A stretch of DNA of 64,000 bases from Mobula hypostoma (Eukaryota). A program made the translations under genes and the position numbers. A model generated the notes under the pieces. The model was given only the letters and a program-made list of their open reading frames with translations. It was not told the DNA's origin and did no database searches. The number at the start of each line of letters is the position of its first letter. The stretch's first letter is position 1. Location of the stretch: the NCBI RefSeq assembly GCF_963921235.1, contig NC_086097.1, positions 91,452,001 through 91,516,000 of the forward strand. The letters are read 5' to 3'. Below, piece after piece: positions 25,961-39,288 of this stretch.

Positions 25961-26805
25961 CTAATAAGTGAAGAGTACTAACAGCTGTAAAACTTAACAG
26001 TTGTTCTTCTTCTTTGGATGTTATCTGCCTGCTGTTTCCAGCATGTTGGTTGATTTTTTTTTATCAAACACAAGTTATAACTTGATTAGGTTCTATCCAA
26101 CAGATTCCAACTGGGCAAACAGTAAAAAGGATATATTTACCATTTCACATATGTTCAAAAACATTTCACAGAAAATTAACAACTTCTGATTCACTGTTGC
26201 AATGCAGGACGTACACTATTTGTGCATAGGTCTAGTCCAAAAACTGTACACTTTTTCTTTTTTTTTAAATTTTATTTTTATTTGGATAAGGAGTTCACAA
26301 TTATCATGTACTTTTTTCACACATATAACCTTTTCCATTTTTTTATATGTATAAAACTACAATTATTTATACATTCTTAAGTACACATTGAGATGATATA
26401 AAAGCAAAATAAACATTTAAATAGATAATTATGTACTGTGGTAAATCTAACCTAGCACAACCACAACCTCCAGCATTTTGTGTGTGTTGCTTGTAGATAT
26501 TTTACATTTTATATACACCTGGGAGTCCAGATCAAGCTTTAATGTCTGTAATTCAATGCTGAGCTGCACTTCATATAAATTATGGGGATTACCAGCTGGC
26601 AGCAGTACTTATCATGAACTGTTAGCCGATCTACTGACACCAAGTTCCTGCCCAAAGCCTGAACAAAAGTTGTGATGCTTCATGCGGCAGCAGGGCTTTA
26701 CACAACACAGCACTCTCGAGATTGACCAGAACAGGTTCTTCCCTCAAAACAGCAAAAGAAAACCTTTGACAGTCTTATGCCAACCCGCTAAGCTTAGCCA
26801 AACTT

Positions 26806-27710
26806 GAGTAATAGAACACTACAGCCCAGAAACAGGCCCTTTGGCACACCTGGTCTGTGCCGAAGCATTAATCTGCCTTGTCCCATCAGCCTGCACCCAG
26901 ACCATAGCCTTCCCATTCATGTACCTAACCAATTTTTTTCTGAAATGTTTAAATTGACTGCATATCCACCACTTGTGCTGGTAGTTCATTCCATACTCAC
27001 ACCATCCTCTGAGTGAAGAAGTTTCCCCCTCAAATATTTCACCTTTCACCCTTAACCCTTGACCTCTATTTGCAGTCACAGCAAACCTCAGTGGAAAAAG
27101 ACCCACCGTGGTTGATCCTCCCAAAGTGCAACACCTCACTCTTCTCTGCAATAATTCCATCTACCAGTTTTCACCCCATTTTTCCAGCTGATCCAGATCC
27201 TGTTGCAAGCTTTGATAGCCTTCCTCACCATCCATTACAACCCCAGTCTTGGTGTCATCTGCAAATCTGCTGACACAGTTTACCACATTATCATCAAGAT
27301 TGTTGATATAGATGACAAACAACAATGTATGCAGCACCGATCCCTGCAGCACATCATTAGTCTGAGGCCTCCAGTCAAAGAGGCAACCATCTATAACTAA
27401 TCTTTGGCTACTTCCATGAAACCAATTTACTATCTCATTTTGAATGTCAAGTGACTAAACTTTCTTGACCAAACTCCCATGCAAGACCTTGTCAAAGGCC
27501 TTGCTAAAGTCTATACAGAAATCCACTGCCTTGCCTTCATCAACTTTCCTGGTAACTTCCTTGAAAAACTCTATAAGACTGGTTATACATGACATGCACA
27601 AAGCCATGGTGACTATCCCTGATCAGTCCATCAGTCCAAATACTTGTATATCCAGTCCCTTAGAATACCTTCCAGTAACTTTCCCACTACTGGCTCACCT
27701 CTGCCTCTAC
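26806..27710 (-). mobile_element. CR1 LINE fragment with internal deletions
   Basis: QGSVL..LLFVIYIN.LD...FADDTK plus 3' tail. Confidence 0.85.
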
Positions 27711-27734
27711 TAATTCATCGGTCCTTCAATCTGA

Positions 27735-27952
27735 GAGTGAGGTGGGTGCGTGGAATGCACTGCCAGCGAAGGTGGTAGAGGTGGATACAATAGGATTTTT
27801 TAAGAGACTCTTAGATAGGTACATGGAGCTTAGAAAAATAGAGGGCTATGCGGTAGGTAAATTCTGGGCAGGTTCTAAACTGGGTTACATGGTTGGCACA
27901 AAATTGTGGGCTGAAGGGCCTGTGATATGCTATAGATTTCTATGTTTCTATA
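27735..27952 (+). mobile_element. CR1 3' end
   Basis: AWNALPAKVVE...LDRYM and TTCTATG tail. Confidence 0.8.
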
Positions 27953-28779
27953 ATCAGAGCTCTTACACTTCCATCCATGTTACATCAAAAACATATTTTG
28001 GCAGGACCTACTGACCTGTGCATTTTCTAAGACAACAGATCCTATTTTACTTGTTTATGCTCATCCTGCTTAAGTATGAGTATGGGAACATATTCTTCCC
28101 TTGAGAATGCAGTCAAAGTATATTCACTGCAGGCTCTCCCCACGTTACAAACACACAGCTTATGTGCACACCATACAAACAAGTGCTTGGAGACCAACAG
28201 AATGGATGAGGCTGGATTTGTCAGTCTTCTGCTGAGTGGGAATGGGGAATTTCTGTCCACCGTTTCTCTGATCCTGGGCTATCACAAACACAGCTGGGGC
28301 TGGAGTGGATGAGTAGACTTACTCACTCACTGAATCAATGAGTCAACCAATTGCCGGGCTATTCGTGTCTGCTTGCTCGCCCATCACAGTAGTGTCCTCT
28401 CCCACACACTATTGTTGTTCATTTCCGACTGACAAACATTTTGGGTTATGGACAATTCTCAGGAATGCTACACTATTGTAACCTAGGGACTGCCTGTAAG
28501 AAGCTTACCCATAATCCTCTGCCTCTACATATTTTTGGTTCCTAATTTTTACTTATTTATCTTCTTGCCTGTTATATATTTATAAAGGGGGACTTCTTCA
28601 CCTTTCATTTTAAGCTTCTCTCTTTTGCAATTTCCAAACAAGTTTGACAGTCCCATTGATTTTCATTGTACCTTGAACCCTTTCAATCTCCATAAATGCC
28701 TCCCCATTGCTCTTAATTTAGAACCAATACTCATATCTTTCTTCACCATTTTCCATAACTATGTTAAATCCAACTAAAC

Positions 28780-29730
28780 CATAATCATAAAACCAAAAGA
28801 TATAGGAGCAGGATTAGGCTATTTGGCCCATCAAGACTGCTCTGCCATTTCATCATGGCTGATCCAATTTTCCATCAGTCCCAATCTCCTACCTTCTTCC
28901 TGTATTCCTTCATCCCCTGACTAATCAAGAATCTATCACCCTCTGCCTTAAATATGCCCAATGACTTGGCCTCCATAGCCACCTGTGGCAGCGAATTCCA
29001 TAAATTCACCACTCTCCAGCTAAAGAAATTCTTCCTCATCTCTTTTCTAAAAGGGTGTTCCTGCATTTTGAGACTGTGTCCTCTGGTCATAGACTGCCCC
29101 ACCACTCCACATCGAAGCCTTTCAACATTCAATAGATATCAATGAGGTCTCCCCTCATTCTTCTGAATTCCACTGAGTAGAGGCCCATCAAATGCTCTGA
29201 TATGACAAGCCTTTCAATCCCAGAATCATTTTTGTGAACCTCGTCTGAACCCTCTCCTATGTCAGCACATTCTTTCTTAGATAAGGGGGTCAAAACTGCT
29301 CACGTTACTTCAAGTGAAGCCTCACCAGTACTTTCTAAAGCCTTGTCATTACATCCTTGCTTTTATATTCTAGTCCTCTCGAAATGAATGCTAACAACAC
29401 ATTTTCCTTCTTCACCACTGACTCAACCTGCAAATTAACCTTTAGGGAACCTTGCACAAGGACTCCCAAGTCCCTTTGCATCTCAGACTTTTGAATTTTC
29501 TCTATTTAGAATATAGTCTACATTGCCCACAGCGTAGAAACACTGGCCCAATCACACGATGGCTGATCTGCTTGCCCCTGCTTTATTTTTATTCACCTTT
29601 TCTAATGAATCCCGTTCAGTCATTGGGCACAGTCCAACTCTAAAACAACTGATGCGGACAAGCTTCCCAATCCTCTAACTTCCTACTAATTTTTGCTCCA
29701 TTATATGCTTTCGCTTTGCCTTTTATGTTG
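28780..29730 (-). mobile_element. CR1 LINE 3' fragment
   Basis: TRGHSLK...KNFFS.RVVNLWNSLP and 3' UTR. Confidence 0.85.
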
Positions 29731-30361
29731 GCAGTACATGTGCACAAAAATAGTCTTCCACAGATATCTTTCACTTTCTTTCCCTAAAGCTAAACCCCAA
29801 ATAAAGGACTGCAAATATTGAATGTGTCCAACATGTAGATAAAAACAGCTATGAAGAAAGAGTTTAAGTCATCTTCTTGAAGTGAGTGATTTTTTAAGAT
29901 TGCCGCTATATTCTCAAGTAAATAAAATCCCATAAAGTATAAAGAAGTAGTTGGGAAAAACATTGTCCAGAGGTATGGTACCGGAGGTATTGAAGACTGC
30001 TAACATGACATTTTGTCTACAAAGGGATCAATTCAGGAAATGGAAGCTAGTCAGACTGACCATCAGTACCAGTAAATTATTGAAAATTATATCGAGGGAG
30101 TAATATAAATCATTTGGATTCCTTGAAAAAACTAACAAAGAGGGTAGAGAAAAATTGATGTGGTATATATAGATTTTTTTTGGCAAGTTATTAAACCGGA
30201 TCCCCAATGGCAGATTATTCAGACTATTGAAAGCTCATAGAGTATAAGGAAAAGTAGCAACTGGATCCAAGACAGCTTCTGGGCAGGAAGTCAAGAGCAA
30301 AAATGGTCAGTATATATTTTGATGACTGAGGCTGCTGGGACTGACCAAGTCTTAGTGCAAA

Positions 30362-31923
30362 TCCACCAACACAAACAAAAAATGCTGAGAACGCAGCAGG
30401 CCAGGCAGCATCTCTAGGAAGAGGTACGATCAACGTTTTGGGCCGAGACCCTTCGTCAGGACTAACTGAAAGAAGAGATAGTAAGAGATTTGAAAGTGGG
30501 AGGGGAGGGAGAGATCCAAAATGATAGAAGACAGGAGAGGAGGGATGGAGCCAAGAGCTGGAAAGTTGATTGGCAAAAGAGATACGAAGCTGGAGAAGGG
30601 AGAAGATCATGTGACAGGAGGCCTAGGGAGAAAGAAAAGTTGGGGGGGGGGGAAGCCCAGAGGATGGGCAAACAGTTATAGTGAGAGGGAGGGAAAAAAG
30701 GGGGGGGGGGATATAAAATAAATAAATAAGGGATGGGGTGTGAAGGGGAGGAGCGGCATTAACGGAAGTTAGAGAAGTCAATGTTCATGCCATCAGGTTG
30801 AAGGCTACCCAGACGGAATATAACGTGTTGTTCCTCCAACCTGAGTGTGGCTTCATCTTGAGCGATCCCTGCGGAAAGCAGAAGGGAGGGGGGGAGGGAA
30901 AGATGTGCTTGGTGGTGGGATGCCATTGGAGATGGCGGAAGTTACGGATAATTATATGCTGGAGGCTGGTGGGGTGGTAGGTTAGGACACGGGGAACACC
31001 ACCAAGCACATCTTTCCCTATCCCCCTCTTTCTGCTTTCCACAGGGATCGCTCCCTACGTGACTCCTTTGTCCATTCCTCCCGCCATCCTTTCCCACCGA
31101 TCTCCCTCCTGGCACTTATCCTTGTAAGTGGAACAAGTGCTACACATGCCCTTACACTTCCTCCCTCACCACCATTCAGGACCCCAGACAGTCCTTCCAG
31201 GTGAGGTGACACTTCACCTGTGAGTCGGCTGGGGTGATATACTGCGTCTGGTGCTCCCGATGCGGCCTTCTATATATTGGCAAGACCCGACGCAGGCTGG
31301 GAGACAGTTTCGCTGAACACCTACGCTCTGTCCGCCAGAAAAAGCAAGATCTCTCAATGGCCACACATTTTAATTCCACGTCCCATTCCCATTCTGACAT
31401 GTCTATCCACGGCCTCCTCTACTGTAAAGATGAGGCCACGCTCAGGTTGGAGGAACAACATCTTATATTCCATCTGGGTAGCCTCCAACCTGATGGCATG
31501 AATATTGACTTCTCTAACTTCTATTAATGCCCCTCCCTTTCAAACCCCATCCCTTATTTATTTTATATATATTTCCCCCCCTTTTTGCTCCCTCCCTCTC
31601 ATGATAACTCCTTGCCTGCTCTCCATCCACCGGGCTCCCTTCCTCCCTTCTCTTTCTCCCCAGGCTTCCCATTCCTTGATCCTCTCCATTCTCCAGCTCT
31701 TAGATCCACCCATCCCCTCCTATCTTCTCCTATCATTTCAGATCTCCCCCTCCACCTCTCAAATCTCTTACTATCTCTTCTTTCAGTTAATTCTGACGAA
31801 GGGTCCCGGCCTGAAACGTTGACTGTACCTCTTCCTATAGATGCTGCTTGGCCTGCTGCATTCACCAGCATTTTTTGTGTGTTGCTTGAATTTCCAGCAT
31901 CTGCAGATTTCCTCATATCTGCG
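30362..31923 (+). mobile_element. Penelope-like element with inverted terminal copy
   Basis: GIY-YIG ORF 31234-31527 (IYCVWCSRCGLLYIGKTRRRL...GMNIDF). About 30370-30860 is an inverted copy of the 3' end. 11-bp TSD CTTAGTGCAAA (30351-30361, 31924-31934). Inserted in an older plus-strand CR1. Confidence 0.92.
31789..31824 (+). ncRNA. Hammerhead motif with weakened stem I
   Basis: AATT-CTGACGA-AGGGTCCCGGCCT-GAAA-CGTT-GACT. Confidence 0.55.
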
Positions 31924-32199
31924 CTTAGTGCAAACTCATTGCTTTTCATGATACACAATTAACTGGTCTTAGATGTAGCAGTCACAATTAAGATCTCTGC
32001 ACACAATCCCAAAATTGCCCATATGATTGATGGTGAGGAAGGTATTGGTAATCAACCCAACAATAAATTGAGCAGGTATTCAACTGACAACTGGAATTCA
32101 GTCTGTAGGAATGTGACATAATATGAATTTGGGAAAAGGCAAACAGGCCAATAAAAGGCAGAGCAAATGGTATCAAACTCTGAGAAGCATAACAGATCA

Positions 32200-33003
32200 A
32201 GAGCTAGGGAAGATGGCACCAACGATTTTTGTAGACCCAGGCAACTTCTTCCAGTTTGTCCACAAAATGGCTTCTTCTTCTTCTTTCATGTCTTTCTTTT
32301 CTTTTCAAGGTGGTTGAGGTTCAGTCAGAGCCTGTAATCTACAGTTCAAGCAGTGGGTTTTCCGACCGGCTGTACAGCCTGGCGTTTAGATATCTCCTGG
32401 AGCAGTCTGGAAGATGTGCGCCTTCGGGAAGCAACCCTGCAATCTGGTTCCTGACTGATTTTGCTAACTGAAGCATCGTGGGAGATTTAATCATCAGGAC
32501 ACCAGGTGGTGTGCACTGTTGTCAGAGGTAAGTCCCTGCACTTGAGTGATCCCATTGTTGGGCGTGAAAGCCTGTTGGTCCCTAAGTTGGGGACTTGGAG
32601 AGGTGATGCAGAAGATTGTAGCATTGTAACAGTGAGCTGCTGGTCTCCCGGTCTCCCTCTCACTCCCTTGATGGAAAGGGAGAGCCTGAGATACCAAAGT
32701 GGTGGGTTATGGACTGTAGTGTTTGACAGACTCTAGATCAAAGTCTCTCTGCAGGCTTTTGCTACTATTTGCATGGTGGGGGGGGGTAGGGGTTGGTGTG
32801 TCTGCTGGTGCAAGTGGGGAGAGGGGAAAGAGGAGGGTTGGTACTTCTGCTCTGCTTGTGTATGTGAGGGGGTGCTTTGAGGTTCTGAAGTTACTAACGT
32901 TCATTCTTTGGAGTTCTTGTTTTGTGGTTGTCTCTGTGAAGAGCAAGAATTTCAGGTTGTATACTGTATACATTCCTTGATATTAAATTGAACCATTTGA
33001 ACT
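32200..33003 (+). mobile_element. Non-coding LINE-derived or non-autonomous retroelement
   Basis: Begins GGGAAGATGGC, ends ATTAAATTGAACCATTTGAACT, and interrupts an old CR1. No credible ORF. Confidence 0.5.
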
Positions 33004-34139
33004 TGTATTACATGTGCACAGAGCCTTGAAGGTAACAGGACAGATATATGTGGTTAAGACGACATTTTGCCTCCATTTTGCTGCAACAGGAGTTGGACCA
33101 TAGTTGCAGAACTGTGTACAGCTCTGACCTATACATAAAACTTTAAATCTTCTGTTATCTTTTCAGAATTGACTTATATTAGTTATGAAAACAAATTGCT
33201 GAACATAAAGGAGCTTCCTCCCCTCAGCAGAGGTCATAAATTAGCAGGCATAAATTTATGGTTATAGTAATCAATACGGAGTTACTTTGTGTCATAAATT
33301 TCTATGATCCTATGTATGGACACAGTTCTAGATTAAATAAGATATTCACCCCTCCAATGATTTTTATTACTAAATAATCATAGCACACCACCTTTTAGCG
33401 CTATACTATGTTTCGAGATGACAAAATATGAGATTCAACTTAAATTTTATTTTAAACAAAATAGGTGTTTATTCAAAAATGCAGAGGTTATGAAGCCTGT
33501 GGAACTGTAAAGAACAGAGTCAGGTTTGTCACTGTGAAAATATTTTCATGTCCAGCCATCGAATTGACAATGAAAACACAATGTGTATCTGCAATGAAAG
33601 AACTGGCATTCTGATCTTCTGAAAATGAACAAAATGAGCATTGGTACTCATATTAAAAGGTTTGTAAATTTTGTAGTTAGATAACAGTGATTGAATCAGA
33701 ACTTCAAAAAGCTTCCAAAACTATAGATTTTGTGTCAGTTTAAAAAAAAGATTTCAGCCTTGGCTATATTCCAAAAATGTGCCAGGCTTTGTGGAGACCA
33801 CCTGTTAATAGGATTACTTGACAGGATTGGTTTCCCATGGGAAACTACCTGCACCCGTACATTGTATATACGTACAAGTCAATTCCATCACAGGAAACAC
33901 ATTACATAACAAAGGCTACTTAAGAAATTTGGCAGTGATTATCAGAGTGGTAGTCAAGATGTTTCCATAGGGAAGTAAGCTGCCATAACAGATACCACCA
34001 CTAGAACAGACAATAAAATGCTGTCCACTTCTTCACTACACAAAAACAGAATTTGCAGAGCCTTTTTACGATCAATTACATACTCTAGATTAGACTGCAC
34101 ACAACTCATTTGTATACAACATCTCAACTATAAATGAGA

Positions 34140-34420
34140 TAATCTAGATAATGTATTTTCACATTTGTAGCACTGCAAAATAACTTTTAGCCAGGACACT
34201 GGTAAGTGTTCTTCTTTGAAAGACTTCTACATTTTTTTTTGATTGCTAGACCAAAAAAAGATATATGGAGCTTCATTAAACATCCCATTCAAAGGCAGCT
34301 CTCCTGACAGTCTAATATTTTCTCAGCTCTTGACTGTAGTGTCAGATTAAATCCTGTTAGCATTTGCAATGGTATTTAATGTCAAACCTTCACAATCAGA
34401 GCTAAGATAGCAGAATATTT
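34140..34420 (-). mobile_element. Degenerate Deu-domain SINE
   Basis: Minus strand CAGTGTCCTGGCTAAAAG and TGTCAGGAGAGCTGCCTTTGAATGGGATGTTTAA resemble the Deu core. Confidence 0.45.
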
Positions 34421-35044
34421 GCTAGCATTATGTAGTTTATTCAACAGCCCGTAGCAGGTGTAGAAAGCAGTGGGTTTTCTCAAGCCTTTTCAGGGTCTGG
34501 ACTCTCCCTAACTCTGTAACCGCCTCCAGTCCTTGTGGATTCCCAGCTTCCACTTACTTTGCTCAATCTCAGATTTGTAATCATGGAAGTCTGTAACTTC
34601 ATTCCTAAATCTCTTTTTCCTTCTTCAGAACATCCCTCAGAGCCTTCCTTAGACCTTGATCACCAATCCCAATACCTCATGTGGCTCAATCTCAATGTTA
34701 GTGGGCACCTCAAAATATTATAAAATGTTACAGGTACTAAAAAGGCACACATAATTGTTATTGACTGGTAATATTACCTGAAATAAGGAGGGAAAAGGAT
34801 TAGGGAAAAAGCTACTCCGAGTGACCATCTGCTCAGGTGGTGAATCTGCTACTGGCTAACAGTTTACAAAAACATCCAGGAAAATTTTTTTTTGTACTGA
34901 AAACTTGCTGCGTTTATTTATTGTGGATTCAAGCTTGATGCTTTTCAGCATGTTGTGAGTTTGCAAAAGAGGCGGAGGAAGAAGAATGTACATACATTAA
35001 CCCTAGTCTTTAACACAAGATGTACTGGCCAAGACAGGTGGGCA

Positions 35045-37400
35045 AATAGACAATAGGTGCAGGAGTAGGCCATTCGGCCCTTCGAGCCAGCACCACCATT
35101 CACTGTGATCATGGCTGATCATCCACAATCAGTACCCTTTTCTTGCCTTCTCCCCATATCCCTTCACTCCGCTATCTTTAAGAGCTCTATCTCTTTATTA
35201 AAAGAATCCAGAGAATTGGCCTCCACTGCCTTCTGAGGCAGAGTATTCCACAGAACCACAACCCTCTGTGTGAAAAAGTTTTTCCTCAACTCCATTCTAA
35301 ATTGTTTACCCCTTATTCTTAAACTGCGGCCTCTGGTTCTGGACTCACCCAACATCGTGTCCAATCCATTAATAATCTTAAGTTTCAATCAGATCCCCTC
35401 TCATCCTTCTAATTTCCAGTGTATACAACCCCAGTCACTCCAATCTTTCAACATATGACAGTTCCACCATCCCGGGAATTAACCTCGTGAACTTACGCTG
35501 CACTCCCTCAATAGCAAGAATGTCCTTCCTCAAATTTGGAGACCAAAACTGCACACAGTAGTCCAGGTGTGGTCGCACCAGGGCTCTGTACAGCTGCAGA
35601 AGGACCTCTTTGCTCCTATACTCAACTCCTTTTGTTATGAAGGCCAACATGCCATTAGCTTTCTTCACTGCCTGCTGTACCTGCATGCTTGCTTTCAGTG
35701 ACTGATGAACAAGGACACCTAGATCTCGTTGTACTTCCCCTTCTCCTAACTTGACACCATTCAGTTAGTAATCTGCCTTCCTGTTCTTGCCACCAAAGTG
35801 GATAACCTTACATTTATCCACATTAAACTGCATCTGCCATGCATCTGCCCACTCACCCAACCTGCCCAAGTCATCCTGCATTATCACAACATCCTCCGCA
35901 CATTTCACACTGCCACCCAGCTTTGTGCCATCTGCAAATTTGCTAATGTTTCTTTTAATCCCTTCATCTAAATCATTAATGTATATTGTAAATAGCTGTG
36001 GTCCCAGCACCGAGCCTTGCGGTACCTCACTGGTCACCGCCTGCAATTCTGAAAGGGACCTGTTAATCCCTGCTCTGTTTTCTGTCAGCCAGCCAATTTT
36101 CTATCCATGTCAGCACCCTACCCCCAATACCATTTGCTCTAATTTTGCACACTAACCTCCTATGAGGGACCTTATCAAAGGCTTTCTGAAAGTCCAGGTA
36201 CACTACATCCACTGGCTTTCCCATGTCCATTTTCATAGTTACATTCTCAAAAAATTCCAGCAGATTAGTCAAGCATGATTTTCCCTTCGTAATTCCTTGC
36301 TGACTCGGACCTATCCTGCCACTGCTATCCAAATATGCTGCTATTTCATCTTTTATAATTGATTCCAGCATCTTTCCCACCACTGATGTCAGACTAACTG
36401 GTCTATAATTGCCTGTTTTCTCAGCTAAAAAGGGGAAGGTATGAGATGTGCGCGAGAATACTGCGATACAGGCAAAGCTATGAGAGGTGAGCAAAAACAC
36501 AGCGATATAGGGGAAGCTATTGTATGTGCGCGAAAACACAGCGATATAGGGGAAGCTATGAGATAACATTAGCTACCCTCCAATCCGCAGGAACTGATCC
36601 TGAATCTATAGAACATTGGAAAATGATTACCAATGTGTCCACGATTTCTAGAGCCACCTCCTTAAGTACCCTGGAATGCAGACCATCAGGCCCTGGGGAT
36701 TTATCAGCCTTCAGTCCTATCAGTTTACCCAACAGCATTTTCTGCCTAATGTGAATTTCCTTCAGTTCCTCCGTTACCCTAGGTCCTCTGGCCACTATTA
36801 CATCTGGGAGATTGTTTGTGTCTTCCCTAGTGAAGACAGATCCAAAGTACCTGTTCAGCTCATCTGCCATTTCCTTGTTCACTGTGATAATTTCACCTGT
36901 TTCTGTCTTCAAGGGCCCAACTTTGGTCTTAACTAATTTTTTCCTCTTCACATACCTAAAGAAGCTTTTACTATCTTCCTTTATATTCTTGGCTAGCTTA
37001 TCTTCGTACCTCATCTTTCACCCCGTATTGCTGTTTTAGTTATCTTCTGTTGCTCCTTAAAAGTCTCCCAATCCTCTGGCTTCCCACTCTTCCTTGCTAT
37101 GTTATACTTCCTCTCTTTTATTTTTTTACTGTCCTTGACTTCCCTTGTCATCCACGGTCGCCCCTTACTCCCCTTAGAATCTTTCTTCCTCTTTGGAATG
37201 AACTGATGCTGCACCTTCTGTATTATTCCCAGAAATACCTGCCATTGTTGTTTCACTGTCATCCCTGCTAGGGTATCTTTCCAGTCAACTCTGGCCAGCT
37301 CCTCCCTCATGGGTCCATAATCCCCTTTGTTCAACTGTAATACTGACACTTCCGATCTTCCCTTCTCCCTTTCAAATTGTAGATTAAAACTTATCATATG
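35045..37400 (-). pseudogene. CR1 LINE ORF2 (linker and RT), 5'-truncated and disabled
   Basis: KSPGPDG, NYRPVSLTS, YLDFQKAFDKV, PQGSVLGP, FADGTK. Contains stops and frameshifts. 3' UTR present. Confidence 0.95.
36431..36564. repeat. 39-bp tandem repeat, about 3.4 units
   Basis: Units start at 36431, 36470, 36509 and 36548. Approximate consensus AGGGGAAGCTATGAGATGTGCGCGAAAACACAGCGATAT. Confidence 0.9.
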
Positions 37401-38058
37401 ACAAGATATCTTTCATGAAAATACCATTTTCTGCAGAAGTACCAGCTATGCAAACTGTAAAGGACATTATAATGCTGGAATTTTCAGTTTCTGGCATTTA
37501 AATAAAGTACTTTTATCCATACATTTTGGCACTGATAAGCACCAAAAAACTCAAGTTGCAAACTGGCTGTGAAAAATGTCACACTGTCGAATCCCAGATA
37601 CCCATCAACATCAAGGTAAGTTTTGCCTCGCTTTTTGCCAGCAGCAATAATGATGCTCAAAAGCATGTACAAAGAATTGTCTTAGCATGTTAACAGCAAT
37701 CTCTCCGGTCATAGTCCAGGTGTTGTAAATTCATACAGAAGACTTCCCTGATCTTGTCATACAAATATTTTGTTTATAAATCTTTAGTTTTTGTTAAAAA
37801 TCCTAATATATGTTAACTGGATTTGTATGATGTGATATCTTCATAAATAAACTTAAGAAATGTGTTGCTTCATAGTGCCTCAAGTTGCATTAAACTGTTC
37901 CAGTCCTTATCCTTCATATGTTAAAAAGAAACACATATTCCTTCCCAGAACTTGGTGAGCTGACTGATACATGTATTCTCATGCAATCACTGTTCATAAT
38001 TTTGAGAAGTATTGCAAAAAAAAACACAGAATTGAGATCAAGTCATATCCGAGTTATT

Positions 38059-38275
38059 TCATGTCAGCTCAATCTTTAAGTCCTCTCCATACTTGCGGAG
38101 GAGCTTGCTGTGATTATGATCCACAGACCACAAAGGTGGAAGATGCTGGGGCCGCATGTAGTCCAGGAAGTGCTGTCGCCAGCGTTTCTCCAAAGACATC
38201 AAGGCTCGGAGCCCACCAGTAGCGCAAGACTGTGTCACTTTTAGACCATGGGGGATGTGGCTCTCATTGAGTATC
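38059..38275 (-). CDS. EXD2: EXD2 last coding exon, (R)ILNESHIPHGLKV...WSVDHNHSKLLRKYGEDLKIELT-stop
   Basis: Within ORF 38059-38367. Acceptor tacag, TGA at 38059-38061. Matches the EXD2 C-terminus (PHGLKV, RWRQHFL, WSVDHNH). Confidence 0.95.
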
Positions 38276-39288
38276 CTGTAGGAAGGGCAGAGAAGCACCA
38301 AGAATGAGAAGACCTGTAGAGTTTTTCCATCTACAGTATCTTTTAACCAAGACTCAAGAATGCACATAATGGATATGAATAGCAGAAGGGGGAGGGGGAA
38401 AGACAGAAATCTATGTTGACATGGTTAAGGAGAATGGGGAAGAGACATGCAGTGTACGTATCTGTTAGACTTAATAACGTCAAGCCTTGTGCCTTAAATT
38501 GTATGTAATTTCAATAAATTAAAATATATTATCAGCACTTCGGGATATCCAGAGGTTGCCAAAGATGCATGCTAAATGTATGGTTTTTTTAATTTAAGAT
38601 TTGCTCCTTCAATGTAAAAGGAGATGTATACAAACAACTTTTCTCATACGGATTCTAATGACGTTACAGAAAAATGAAGATATGCAAGTTTAGGACTGCA
38701 ATGCACAGATATCCGCTTAGGAACAGTTTGTCACGGTTTAAGCATAAATGCTTTGGCTCCTTGGCCCAGTATAGAATCCTCACAGGCAATATAAGAGTCT
38801 TGATTCAGTACCCATAAATTAGATGGAATCTTAATTACGGTTCTGTGCTCTACTAGGTAAGGATATGTGAAAGGATGCATGCAATTGCAGAATTTTCAGC
38901 TGGCTCATCACTACCTTAGTGATTTGCTTCAGTTTTAAATTTTCGTACTTGCATGCAAAGTCCCTAATGGCTACACTCTGCCCCATGTCCACAACTTCTT
39001 CAAAGTTTCTGGAAATTCAGCTCACCTTCGGTTACGAGCTTTTGAAAATGCTCAATTTCTATTTCTCCATATTGCAGTTTCTTTGTGTGATTGGGCCCAA
39101 AACTTCCAAATTTTCTACATAAAGCTCTCATGACTCTCTCTTTTAATTCAGTCTTTAAAACAATTACTGAAACCAAAGAAACACCAATCCTAATGCTTGA
39201 TGTGGCTGCTTTGTTTGTTGCTGATCATGTGAAGCATATTGTTATAATGTTAAAGGCATAACTGCATCACAGTCAAGAATTTCCACAC

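Noticed and set aside
30224..30721. Recurrent ORFs (SPDEGSRPET, MEPRAGKLIGK) also at 12.6, 31.6 and 50.7 kb considered as a small gene family
   Set aside because: They are chance translations of the non-coding PLE terminal repeat, including the hammerhead motif.
1..35000. Exons of a downstream neighbour gene such as GALNT16
   Set aside because: No recognisable peptide found. Small or non-coding exons cannot be excluded.
36431..36564. CRISPR-like array
   Set aside because: Units are contiguous with no unique spacers, there are no cas genes, and the context is vertebrate.
39273..39288. Alternative EXD2 C-terminus (CGNS-stop) from read-through of the gtgtgg donor
   Set aside because: The downstream exon is conserved and in phase. 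The extension is ordinary intron sequence.
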